DNA of 14,214 bases from Calditrichia bacterium (GTDB lineage Bacteria; Calditrichota; Calditrichia; RBG-13-44-9): positions 33,028 to 47,241 of the forward strand of contig JARRQT010000049.1 of NCBI GenBank assembly GCA_037381445.1, in the 5' to 3' direction. Under the pieces are notes generated by a model. It worked only from the letters and a program-made list of their open reading frames with translations. It was not told where the DNA came from and searched no databases. Positions 1 to 8,483 of the stretch are shown piece after piece. Each line of letters starts with the position of its first letter. The stretch's first letter is position 1. A program made the translations under genes and the position numbers.

Positions 1-2
1 AC

Positions 3-410
3 GACGGTGACTTAATATTTGTAGATGGCGATTTGAAGGTCAGTAATGTAAAAGAATGGCCGGGACAGTTGTTTCTGGTGGTTACCGGTAAAGTTGAGTT
101 TACACCGGGATTCAATAATAATCCCAAATCGTCCGATCTGAATATGATCATCTATCAACCCTATGCCAATTATGAAATGGACTCCAAGGATGACAAGTCG
201 CCCCATGAAGAGCATACCAATCAGTTTAAAGGCGGAATTATTACCCATGGCAGTATTAACGGCAATACTCATAAGGGGAGCGGCGGGGAGAAAAAAGATC
301 AGCGGCTGGTGATTGAGATAGATCAGGATTTGCTGCATCGCTTTCTCAACATCGCGAAGAATAAAAGCAGTTTCACAATTAAGAAGATGACATGGCGAAC
401 TTTAAACTAG
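3..410 (+). CDS. C-terminal fragment of a probable PilX-like / minor-pilin-associated protein (truncated by window start)
   Basis: The frame of ORF 33..410 stays open to the window edge (gac ggt gac tta ata ttt gta gat ggc gat ttg = DGDLIFVDGDL). It has Gly-spaced beta-repeat segments (FVDGDLKV, VVTGKVEF, GGIITHGSI) and an ...IKKMTWR.. C-terminus of the kind seen in PilX-N-terminal-domain proteins. It lies directly upstream of pilM. The product is inferred from pattern and context. Confidence 0.5.
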   Translation, partial: DGDLIFVDGDLKVSNVKEWPGQLFLVVTGKVEFTPGFNNNPKSSDLNMIIYQPYANYEMDSKDDKSPHEEHTNQFKGGIITHGSINGNTHKGSGGEKKDQRLVIEIDQDLLHRFLNIAKNKSSFTIKKMTWRTLN

Positions 411-514
411 AGAAATTTTCGCCTTTTTTGACGGCTTCAAATAATCGATTGATATGGAAAGTTACAGATTTGTAGGATCAGGCAAAAGAAGAAAGTTATA
501 CCGGCCAATCAGTT

Positions 515-542
515 TTGACGATATCTGCAGCCATACTAAAAT
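515..542 (+). promoter_or_regulatory. Candidate sigma70-type promoter for the pilMN-O-P-Q-T genes
   Basis: TTGACG (515-520), 16 bp spacer, TAAAAT (537-542), in the intergenic gap upstream of pilM. Confidence 0.4.
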
Positions 543-586
543 TTCGAAGATCCCTTTTCTGGGAGAATATGATCAAGTGACCCGCT

Positions 587-2269
587 GTGTACCGGAGGCA
601 GGATGAAGGAAGAAAAATCGACAAATTATCTGCTCAAAAATTTCTGGCCATAGACATTAGCACGGATAAGCTCTACTATCTGGTCGTTTTGAAAAGCAAA
701 AAGAACATTCGCATTGCAGAATGGGGTGAGGAGGAGTTACCAGTTGAAGAGCTCGACCGTTATCGATCCATCGAGGTGGCGCTGACTTACCTGAAGTCCA
801 AGGTATATCAGGCGAATATGCATGTGCATGTCAGTTTCTTCACGCCCGAGATAAATATTCGTCAGCTGGAACTTCCCAAGCTGAAACAGTCCGAATTGAA
901 GAAGATGATTTTGTATAAAAACAAGGCCGATCTGCCCCATTTTAATGATCACGATATCTGGGACTTTGAGGTTCTGGAAGAAGCGGCCAAGGATAAGGTG
1001 GCAAAGGTAAATGTACTGGTTACCGTGGTTCCGCGCGAAATAGTCAACAATTATCTGGGAATACTGAAAAACGCAGGTCTGAAACCGGACCGGCTTGTTC
1101 CCCGGACCTTTGCACTGTCGGCGGGCTATCTTGGAATGGTTAAGCAAACCGGAAATGATGTGCTCATTGATATCGGCAGTGACGCAACGCAGATATGCTT
1201 TTTTATGAATAAACAGCTCTGTTATCTCAGAAATTTTGCCATCGGCGCAATAAATCTAAAGAATGCAATAGAACATTCGGGCGAATCAGCGGAAGAATCC
1301 GCGGTGCAGGAGGTTAACGAAAGCGACGGTCTGCCGAATGCAGAATCGGATTCGGACAGTATTCGTGAACGGCTGCTTTCAAAAGTGCAGAAACTGAAAA
1401 AAAGACAGGATCCGTTGCTGCAGGTGCTGTTGGGTGAAATTTTGCGTTCTCTGGAGTTCTTTCATGGCGGCAAAAGGGAATATACTATTAATAACATCTA
1501 TATCACCGGTGCGGGCTCAAAAATCGAGGCGGTCCTCCCATTTTTAAAGAACAATATTAACTATCCCGTCTATCCTCTCAACCCCAAATTCGCAGCCTAT
1601 ATACCCTCTGCCACGGAATTTTCGGAGTTTTTCTGCGCCTTGGGGCTGGGATTGTCTGACAATAAAAAAATGAATCTGATTCCCCCTGAATACAGGAAAA
1701 GGGAGTTATTTAAAAATCTCAATATTTTAATGATTTTCATTATTCTGTTGTCCGGTTATTTCGCGGCTACTTTTACCTTAAATCAGCAAAAGAACATAAA
1801 AAAATATCAGCAGCTTTTTCTGACCACCGAAGAAAAGTATAAAGAGTTAAATCCGGTTGAGCAGAATTATTTTGAACTGACCAGACAGATCAGTGAAACG
1901 CAGAATGAAAAAAACACACTGTTGGGTCAGGTCAGGGAAACCCCTCAGTTGATGGAGGTCCTGAGATTGCTGAGTAATGAAATTCCTGAGAATATCCGGT
2001 TAACGGAATTTGATTTTGCCCCATTCAGCCAGCCTCTTGCAGCGAAAAAGGGAAAAAGAGGGCAACCGCAAGATCAGACCCAGACCTCGCGATTTCAGGT
2101 AAAAATGGGCGGCTATATCAGTGGCGATTACCTGATGGGAGATGTTATTCTTATCAAATTCATCAATCAGCTCGATGCGCTGGAATACTTTAACAAAATC
2201 GATTTAATAAAGAAGAATAAAGATTCCCAAAAGAATTCTTTTACTTTTCAAATAGAAGCCTTTTTGTAG
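587..2269 (+). CDS. pilM: PilM-PilN fusion (actin-like cytoplasmic domain + TM helix + PilN periplasmic domain); start codon uncertain
   Basis: Actin/FtsA-fold motifs LAIDIS, VLIDIGSDATQI and IYITGAGSKI, plus EILRSLEFF. These are followed by the PilN N-terminal motif MNLIP (aa ~362, nt 1670), a TM helix (ILMIFIILLSGYFAATF), a coiled coil and PilN-like LSNEIPENIRLTEF. pilO follows directly. Confidence 0.85.
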   Translation: MYRRQDEGRKIDKLSAQKFLAIDISTDKLYYLVVLKSKKNIRIAEWGEEELPVEELDRYRSIEVALTYLKSKVYQANMHVHVSFFTPEINIRQLELPKLKQSELKKMILYKNKADLPHFNDHDIWDFEVLEEAAKDKVAKVNVLVTVVPREIVNNYLGILKNAGLKPDRLVPRTFALSAGYLGMVKQTGNDVLIDIGSDATQICFFMNKQLCYLRNFAIGAINLKNAIEHSGESAEESAVQEVNESDGLPNAESDSDSIRERLLSKVQKLKKRQDPLLQVLLGEILRSLEFFHGGKREYTINNIYITGAGSKIEAVLPFLKNNINYPVYPLNPKFAAYIPSATEFSEFFCALGLGLSDNKKMNLIPPEYRKRELFKNLNILMIFIILLSGYFAATFTLNQQKNIKKYQQLFLTTEEKYKELNPVEQNYFELTRQISETQNEKNTLLGQVRETPQLMEVLRLLSNEIPENIRLTEFDFAPFSQPLAAKKGKRGQPQDQTQTSRFQVKMGGYISGDYLMGDVILIKFINQLDALEYFNKIDLIKKNKDSQKNSFTFQIEAFL

Positions 2270-2279
2270 GAGACGGCCG

Positions 2280-2825
2280 GTGAAAACTCAAAAAATATTT
2301 ATCGGAATGAGTTTGCTCTTTGTTGTCGCGGGCGTTTTATGGTATGTTTTTGTCTACCAGCCTTTGACATTGGAAGCATCTCAATTACGCCTGAAATTGA
2401 ATGCGGCGGACAATAAATTGAACAATGCCCAGAAGGCCAAGCAGGATTTGTCCGGAGTGGAAATCCGCCTAAAGGAATCTCAGGCAGAATTGCAAAATGT
2501 CAAACAGAAGATTTTAGACCGCGATGAACTTGGAATGGTGGCAAATGAATTAAGGTCTTCTGCCAGGAAAATCAATATAAGGATCAACGATTTTACCCCG
2601 GTATTATCCGCGTATTTTGCCTCGACCGGAAATTCAAAAGTCAAACCGCTGCCTATTGAAATAACTGTCACCGGGCGGTATCTGAATATTGGCAGGTTCA
2701 TCGACAATCTGGATAATATGCAATTCTTTTTAATTCCTGAAAATATACATATGGAAAGGGCCGGTCGATATAGCAACGATATCGAAACCAAAATATCCTG
2801 TTCTCTCTATACCTGGAACCGTTAG
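2280..2825 (+). CDS. pilO: Type IV pilus assembly protein PilO-like
   Basis: N-terminal TM helix, coiled coil, PilO/GspM signature LPIEITVTGRYLNIGRFIDNL. GGAG RBS at 2269-2272 before the GTG. Position after pilN domain. Confidence 0.85.
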   Translation: MKTQKIFIGMSLLFVVAGVLWYVFVYQPLTLEASQLRLKLNAADNKLNNAQKAKQDLSGVEIRLKESQAELQNVKQKILDRDELGMVANELRSSARKINIRINDFTPVLSAYFASTGNSKVKPLPIEITVTGRYLNIGRFIDNLDNMQFFLIPENIHMERAGRYSNDIETKISCSLYTWNR

Positions 2826-2834
2826 GAGAAGTTT

Positions 2835-3278
2835 ATGCCCACAATTGATAAAAGACAAAAAATTATGCTGTCCGTTCTGGCGATGGTCCTGATTTATGGT
2901 GTTTTCGATTTTGTAAAGAATAAGGATCAATACCTGGCATTTTATTCGAACGGAACTAAAAAAGTTGTTCAGTCAGGAAATCAAGTCAAAGCGACAATGG
3001 GCCAAAATGAAAAATTGAAAATGAAGGAATATGATAAACCGTGGGGAAATGATCCCTTCTACGTGGATAGAAAGATCAGGCCGGTTGCCGAGACCGCCGC
3101 AGAAGTTCCCCTGATTCTGAATGCTATCAGCTACAATAACGGAAATTCCGTGGTTATGATTAACCAGAAAATTCTGTCCGCAGGCGACATGATCGAGGGA
3201 TATAAGGTTGTAAAAATTGAACCTGCCCGGGTCGTTCTGGCAAAGGGTGATGAATCAAAAACGCTAAATCTTCAATAA
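2835..3278 (+). CDS. PilP/GspB/GspC-HR-like membrane-anchored pilus assembly protein
   Basis: N-terminal TM helix without lipobox Cys. DPF motif (WGNDPFY), then a beta domain LNAISYNNGNSVVMINQKILSAGDMIEGYKVVKIEPARVVL typical of PilP/GspC-HR/GspB. AGGAG RBS. Lies between pilO and the secretin. Confidence 0.7.
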   Translation: MPTIDKRQKIMLSVLAMVLIYGVFDFVKNKDQYLAFYSNGTKKVVQSGNQVKATMGQNEKLKMKEYDKPWGNDPFYVDRKIRPVAETAAEVPLILNAISYNNGNSVVMINQKILSAGDMIEGYKVVKIEPARVVLAKGDESKTLNLQ

Positions 3279-3293
3279 ATCAAGGAGTGATGA

Positions 3294-4595
3294 ATGAAAA
3301 GGTTCTTATCGATACTGATTATACTTTCGATGTCCTGTTCAGCCGTGCTTGCCCAGACATCGCTGGATAAAAAACTTAGTCAGCATGTGAGCGCCAATTT
3401 CCAGGGCGCATCTGTCAGCGATATTTTGCGGATTTGGGCTTCCCAGTACAATTTGAATTTGGTTGCGGGGGAAGCCATCAAAGGCCGGGTAAATATTCAA
3501 TTGACGGACGTGGAGCTGGGAGATGCTCTGAATACCATTCTTAAGTCTTATGGATACCACTATATTGTAAAAAACAATATCCTTCTGGTTAAACCATTCG
3601 ACGAAAAGGTAAATGGTGAACTGGAAAACCAGGTCATCAAGCTGAAATATCTGGATGGGTTTCAGTTAAAGCCAACCATTGAGCCGCTCCTTTCGGAAAA
3701 AGGGAAAATTGAACCCCTGATCTCCGAATTGCCGAAATCAAAGGATAATAAAACCGAAGATCAGCGGGCAGACGCCATCCTGGTATCCGACGTCTGGGAG
3801 AATGTGCAGAAAATCGAGAAAGTGGTCACGGAACTGGATTCGGAACCGGCCCAGTTGCAGATTGAAGTAAAACTGGTGGAAGTGAGCGTGGGTGCCAATG
3901 ATCAGGTGGGATTTAACTGGCCCAAGAAAGTAACCGCTTCAGTCACCGGCGCCGAGACAACCGCACCGATTACAAAGTCTAATAACGGTTCCAACAATCA
4001 GCAGCGCTATTTGTCCGGATGGTACGAAATTCCCGGGATCAATGACCGCTGGAAATTAGGCGTGCTGACCTTCGATGAAATGCAGGCTACCCTCGCCTTT
4101 CTTGCCCAGGACAATAACAGCCGGCTGGTTTCCAATCCCAAAGTCACCACGCAGGACAACAAGAAGGCAACCATCGAGGTCGCTACCCTGCAGCCTATTC
4201 CGGAAGTCTCGCGGGGTATCTCGGGCGATCTGATTACCTACCGGGAAAAACCGATCGGAATGATGCTGGAGGTCATTCCCCGGGTGAGTGAAGACGATAT
4301 GATCACGATGAATATTCACCCGGTATTAGAAGATATTATCGGCTATGTAGGACCGGTGGATTATCCGCAGCCGGTTACCTCAAAAAGAGAGGTCTCCACC
4401 CAGGTCACTGTAAAAGAAGGTGAAAGCCTGGCGATCGGCGGATTGTTGAAAACTACAGAGACCAAAGCAGTCGAAAAAGTCTGGCTATTGGGTGATATCC
4501 CGTTGCTCGGTTATCTGTTCAGGCATACAACCACGCGAAAAGAAAAAACCGATCTCCTCATTTTTATTACCCCGCAAATTTTAAAGAAAAGATAG
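3294..4595 (+). CDS. pilQ: Outer-membrane secretin (PilQ/GspD family), short form
   Basis: Signal peptide ending AVLA-Q. STN/N0 domain (VSANFQGASVSDIL) and one N3-like domain. Secretin motifs QLQIEVKLVEV, LVSNPKVTTQDNKKATI, GESLAIGGL, KVWLLGDIPLLGYLFR and DLLIFITPQI. AAGGAG RBS. Confidence 0.92.
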   Translation: MKRFLSILIILSMSCSAVLAQTSLDKKLSQHVSANFQGASVSDILRIWASQYNLNLVAGEAIKGRVNIQLTDVELGDALNTILKSYGYHYIVKNNILLVKPFDEKVNGELENQVIKLKYLDGFQLKPTIEPLLSEKGKIEPLISELPKSKDNKTEDQRADAILVSDVWENVQKIEKVVTELDSEPAQLQIEVKLVEVSVGANDQVGFNWPKKVTASVTGAETTAPITKSNNGSNNQQRYLSGWYEIPGINDRWKLGVLTFDEMQATLAFLAQDNNSRLVSNPKVTTQDNKKATIEVATLQPIPEVSRGISGDLITYREKPIGMMLEVIPRVSEDDMITMNIHPVLEDIIGYVGPVDYPQPVTSKREVSTQVTVKEGESLAIGGLLKTTETKAVEKVWLLGDIPLLGYLFRHTTTRKEKTDLLIFITPQILKKR

Positions 4596-4598
4596 ATC

Positions 4599-5630
4599 AT
4601 GGAAGCGACCATTGTAAAAGATATCCTCCTGTTCGGGGCTGAAAATAAAGCCTCTGATGTGCACTTCAGCAGTAATCAGCAGCCCATCCTGCGAATCATG
4701 GGAGAATTAAAGAAAGCGGATATTCCGCCTATCCCCCATGATTTTCTGTTTGATCAATTGATGGGATTTCTGAATGATGCCCAGAAAAAACGCTTTCATG
4801 AATTCCATGAAATAGATCTGGCGCTATCTTTGGAAGGAATTGCCCGCTTCCGGGTGAATTTCTATGAACACTTTGGCGGAATTGCCGGGGCCTTTCGGAT
4901 TTTTCCCAATTCGATTCGTTCGCTGGATGACTTGTTGATGCCGCTAGTTTTGAAAAAAATGGTCGCTCAAAAAAAGGGTTTAATTCTGGTGACCGGTCCG
5001 GCGGGTTCCGGAAAATCGACCACATTAGCGGCAATGATTCATGAAATAAATACCAAAAAACGGCAGCACATCGTTACCATTGAAGACCCGGTGGAATATA
5101 TCCATGAGTCAGCGGAAAGCCTGGTTCATCAAAGGGAGGTCGGCATAAATACTAGCAACTATTCGAAGGCCCTGGTAAATGCGCTGCGGGAAGATCCGGA
5201 TATCATTCTGGTTGGCGAGATGCGTGATCTCGAGACCATGACCTACGCCCTGAGAGCGGCGGAAACAGGGCAGTTGGTTTTCTCCACCTTGCACACTAAT
5301 TCCGCAGCTGAGAGTGTTGACCGTATTGTGAATGTTTTTCCCGCCGAACAGCATCAGCAGGTCAGAGTCCTTCTGGCCAATACACTGATCGGTATTGTTT
5401 CCCAGCGCCTCCTGCCCATGGCCTTTGCCCAGGACCGCATTGCGCTGATGGAAATCCTGCTTGGCACCCCGGCGGTCAAAAACCTGATTCGTGAAGGAAA
5501 ATCCTATCAGCTTACTTCCGCCATTCAGACCGGCAGTGATTTGGGGATGCAGACGTTTGAGCGGGCATTTGATAAAATGAAGAAGAATAATCAGATTTCC
5601 CCTAAACTGCTTCTTTCTGATTATGTATAG
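4599..5630 (+). CDS. pilT: Type IV pilus retraction ATPase PilT/PilU family
   Basis: ASDVH N-terminus, RFRVN, Walker A GPAGSGKST, Asp box TIEDPVE, Walker B DPDIILVGEMRD, His box TGQLVFSTLHT, AIRNLIRE-like AVKNLIRE, GMQT. Confidence 0.93.
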   Translation: MEATIVKDILLFGAENKASDVHFSSNQQPILRIMGELKKADIPPIPHDFLFDQLMGFLNDAQKKRFHEFHEIDLALSLEGIARFRVNFYEHFGGIAGAFRIFPNSIRSLDDLLMPLVLKKMVAQKKGLILVTGPAGSGKSTTLAAMIHEINTKKRQHIVTIEDPVEYIHESAESLVHQREVGINTSNYSKALVNALREDPDIILVGEMRDLETMTYALRAAETGQLVFSTLHTNSAAESVDRIVNVFPAEQHQQVRVLLANTLIGIVSQRLLPMAFAQDRIALMEILLGTPAVKNLIREGKSYQLTSAIQTGSDLGMQTFERAFDKMKKNNQISPKLLLSDYV

Positions 5631-5809
5631 GGAACAGCGGCGAAGTGTCCGGCTTTTGTAATATTTGCCTTCCGGCGGCGCTGAATTATGGAAGGGGTAA
5701 AAGTTTATTTTATGATCTGGTGAGCAGTTTTGCTGCTATACTTTTTGAGGTTTGGGCACGCATCTACGGTTTTTATTGCACTGGATAAAATAAAAAATAC
5801 TCTGCAACA

Positions 5810-5910
5810 ATTTGAAATTATTCTCGAATACCTGACAGAGATTGATTAGATCTCCTCCTAATACCCCAAAACCTTAAAGGCCGGATAGGTATCCGGCCTT
5901 CTTATTTATT
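5810..5910 (+). ncRNA. Possible small RNA carrying an anti-Shine-Dalgarno CUCCUCCU tract upstream of a terminator (boundaries approximate)
   Basis: Weak promoter TTGCAC(5776-5781)-N16-TACTCT(5798-5803), CTCCTCCT at 5852-5859 and ACCCC just downstream, then a terminator at 5877-5910. No sizeable ORF in the stretch. Confidence 0.25.
5877..5910 (+). terminator. Intrinsic terminator between convergent pilT and the GNAT gene (possibly bidirectional)
   Basis: Perfect stem AAGGCCGGAT-aggt-ATCCGGCCTT (5877-5900) followed by T-rich CTTATTTATT on +. Only a short T run follows on the - strand. Confidence 0.8.
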
Positions 5911-5967
5911 TTGAAATCAAATTTTTGAAATGCATTACTTATTGAAGATGAATCATCTGAGACCATC

Positions 5968-7092
5968 CTATAAATCGGTGCCGTAAATGCGGTATGTTTT
6001 ATAGGGATCGCCTCCCATCAGCCGTGCGGCGCGGTTCATCAATTCATTGTCTTCCAGAACCCAGGACATTTCGGCGCTGTCATATCCATTTTCCACCCCC
6101 CGTTCAAATGTTTCCAGATAGAACAGACCGCCGATACCGGCCTGCTGGTACTTCTGAATAGCACCCAATGTAATAACTCTGAGCCGGTTGATCTTTTTGC
6201 GCAATCTCAGCAATTTTAGCCAGCCGGTTGGGAAAAGTTTGCCATTCGGAATTTTTGCAAAAACCTGATTATAATCCGGAAGCGCCAGTGAAAAACCGAT
6301 CGGTTCATCTTTGACCTCGGCAATAAACACCACCCGTGGGTCGATGATCCTCTTGAAATCGGCCGCAATAAAATCGAATTCTTCCGGCGTCATGGGGACA
6401 AATCCCCAGTTCTTCGACCAGGCATCGTTATACACCTTCCGCACCCGGTCCAGCTCGGTTTCAAAATCCTCCATATTGATGCAACGGATTTTCACACCGG
6501 CTTTCTCTTTGGTCAGATTGGCCACCTGCCGGAGCTTTTCCCCGATCACGATTGTATCCTTGTGGATGTAATAGGCCAACAGATCTTTGGCCTTTTCATA
6601 TTTCAAGCCTTCCATGATATCCTGATAGTAGGGCGGATTGTGTGTCATCATTAAAAAGGGAGGGGAATCAAATCCCTTGATGAGAAATCCGATTTCATCA
6701 TTTGTGGAGGGATTCATGGGGCCGATCATCTTGTCCTTGCCGCGCTCCTTCAGCCAGTGCCTGGCGGTATCCAGCAGAGCTTTAAATACGTCCGGATCAT
6801 TTACGCCTTCCAAAAAGCCAAAGAAACCGGTGTTGTCCTTGTGAAAATCGTTATGCATTTGATTGGTGATGGCGGCAATGCGTCCGACAATTTCCCCGTC
6901 TTTCATGGCCAGAAAATATTCAGCTTCTGAATGTTTAAAAAAAGGATTCTTTTCCTTGTCCAGAACTTTCAGGCGGTCGATCAGCAGAGGGGGCACCCAG
7001 TTGGGATCGCCCTGGTTGATTTTCCATACCATCCTTATGAATTTCAACAAATCACTGCGATTTTCGACGCGTTTGATTACGAGATTTTTCAT
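5968..7092 (-). CDS. bcerS: Tandem-GNAT N-acyltransferase (YghO-like), probable bacterial ceramide synthase
   Basis: Family motifs DPNWVPPL, NPFF, GRIAA, GFFGFLE, GPMNPSTNDEIG, HNPPYY, NDAWSKNWGFVPMT, SWVLEDN and YKTYRIY. AGGGG RBS. Lies 95 bp downstream of and co-oriented with spt. The specific function is inferred from family resemblance and context. Confidence 0.72.
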   Translation of the reverse strand: MKNLVIKRVENRSDLLKFIRMVWKINQGDPNWVPPLLIDRLKVLDKEKNPFFKHSEAEYFLAMKDGEIVGRIAAITNQMHNDFHKDNTGFFGFLEGVNDPDVFKALLDTARHWLKERGKDKMIGPMNPSTNDEIGFLIKGFDSPPFLMMTHNPPYYQDIMEGLKYEKAKDLLAYYIHKDTIVIGEKLRQVANLTKEKAGVKIRCINMEDFETELDRVRKVYNDAWSKNWGFVPMTPEEFDFIAADFKRIIDPRVVFIAEVKDEPIGFSLALPDYNQVFAKIPNGKLFPTGWLKLLRLRKKINRLRVITLGAIQKYQQAGIGGLFYLETFERGVENGYDSAEMSWVLEDNELMNRAARLMGGDPYKTYRIYGTDL

Positions 7093-7187
7093 CAGAATCC
7101 CCTGTTCTTTTGCTCGTTTGCCGGTCTTTGGCAGGAAAGGTAAGGGAAGAGTGATAGAGGGATGTTCGTGTCTCTCAGATATACTCT

Positions 7188-8384
7188 TTAAATGATGCCC
7201 ATCCTTTTGCCGATTTTCTTAAAGGTATCCAAAACTATATCCAAATCATTGTCTGAGTGTGTTGCCATATAAGACGTGCGCATGAGCGCCTTATCCGGCG
7301 GCACGGCTGGACTGATGACCGGGTTGGCATAGACGCCTGCTTCAAATAACATGCGCCAGAACTGGAAGGTCTTGACATCATCCCCGATAATAATGGGAAC
7401 AATGGGAGTTTGCGAATCACCGGTATCGAATCCCAGGGCTTGATATTCCCTGATCATCTTTTTACCAGTATCCTGAAGGCGGTGCACGATTTCCGGTTCA
7501 TTCTGGATGATCTCCAGCGATTTCAATACCGAGGCAATATTTGCCGGGGGCATGCTTGCGCTAAAGATGAGCGGACGGGAATGATGTTTAATGTAATGAA
7601 TCACCTCCGTTTTGCCGGCGATGAATCCGCCCAGTGAAGCAAATGACTTGCTGAAAGTGCACATTACCAGATCCACATCATCCCAAATGTCGTAATGTTC
7701 CTGGGTACCCCGGCCGGTTTTGCCGAGAATGCCAAGGCCATGTGCATCATCAACATAAACACGTGCCTTATATTTCTTGGCCAGCTCAACCAGTTGAGGC
7801 AGTCGGACGACATCACCTTCCATGCTGAAAACACCGTCTGTGATAATGATTTTCGGGATTTCTATGTCCATGCGGGAAAGAACCCGTTCCAGGTCGGTCA
7901 TATCGTTATGCTTGAATCGTTTAATATTGGCGCCCATATTAAGACCGGCAGCCATGAAAATTCCATCAAAAATACTGGCATGATTTGTCTTGTCGGTAAT
8001 AATATAGTCTTCTTTAGAAATCAAGGTAGAGATGGCACCCAGATTTGTCTGGTATCCCGTGGAAAAACAGAGTGCCGCTTCTTTATGAATAAAATTGGCA
8101 AGCTTGTTTTCCAGCTCTTCATGCAGTTCCAGGGTCCCATTCAAAAAGCGGGATCCCGAGCAACTGGTTCCATATTTTTCAATCGCTTTGATGGCTGCTT
8201 CCTGAACCCGGGGATCCATGGTAAGTCCCAGATAATTATTGGATCCGATCATAATGATTTCCTGCCCATCCATGACAACACGCGGACCATGATTTTCGCG
8301 AATAGGTTTAAAATAAGGATAAATTCCCTGTTCTATTGCCTCTTTGGCGCGGGTGAAGTTCATACATTTGTCAAAAATATCCAA
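7188..8384 (-). CDS. spt: Serine palmitoyltransferase (PLP-dependent alpha-oxoamine synthase family)
   Basis: YPYF, GSNNYLGL, GTSCSGSRFLNGT, NHASIFDG, DGVFSMEGD and DDAHG. The PLP-lysine motif TFSKSFAS is SPT-type rather than the TLSKA/TLGKA of BioF/Kbl. TTG start with AGGAGG (8392-8397) 7 nt upstream. Confidence 0.82.
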   Translation of the reverse strand: MDIFDKCMNFTRAKEAIEQGIYPYFKPIRENHGPRVVMDGQEIIMIGSNNYLGLTMDPRVQEAAIKAIEKYGTSCSGSRFLNGTLELHEELENKLANFIHKEAALCFSTGYQTNLGAISTLISKEDYIITDKTNHASIFDGIFMAAGLNMGANIKRFKHNDMTDLERVLSRMDIEIPKIIITDGVFSMEGDVVRLPQLVELAKKYKARVYVDDAHGLGILGKTGRGTQEHYDIWDDVDLVMCTFSKSFASLGGFIAGKTEVIHYIKHHSRPLIFSASMPPANIASVLKSLEIIQNEPEIVHRLQDTGKKMIREYQALGFDTGDSQTPIVPIIIGDDVKTFQFWRMLFEAGVYANPVISPAVPPDKALMRTSYMATHSDNDLDIVLDTFKKIGKRMGII

Positions 8385-8483
8385 TACCGATCCTCCTGAA
8401 TTTCTTAAAAAATATTCTCAATTTAAATAAACATGCATGAAGGCAACAATAGAAATATTATTTAATTCCTATGATTCTGTAAA

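Noticed and set aside
1664..1670. A7 run at the PilM/PilN junction as a programmed slippage site
   Set aside because: A7 runs also occur at 1397-1403 and 1908-1914 in the same Lys-rich gene; no further evidence
3294..3341. Lipoprotein signal in the secretin (Cys15)
   Set aside because: S-M-S-C does not fit the [LVI][ASTVI][GAS]C lipobox, and a type I cleavage site AVLA-Q follows
5688..5723. 11-codon ORF MEGVKVYFMIW after pilT
   Set aside because: No RBS and too short to support
5877..5900. Resemblance of the hairpin to enterobacterial REP (GCCGGAT...ATCCGGC)
   Set aside because: Single copy with a T-rich tail between convergent genes; better explained as a terminator
7188..8384. Calling the PLP enzyme BioF or Kbl
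   Set aside because: TFSKS, NHAS, YPYF and GSRFLNGT motifs and the adjacent bCerS-like GNAT favour SPT. No biotin or tdh genes are nearby.
7695..8399. 234-aa ORF on + strand
   Set aside because: Antisense shadow of spt with no recognisable motifs. The same applies to the other short ORFs overlapping the well-supported genes.
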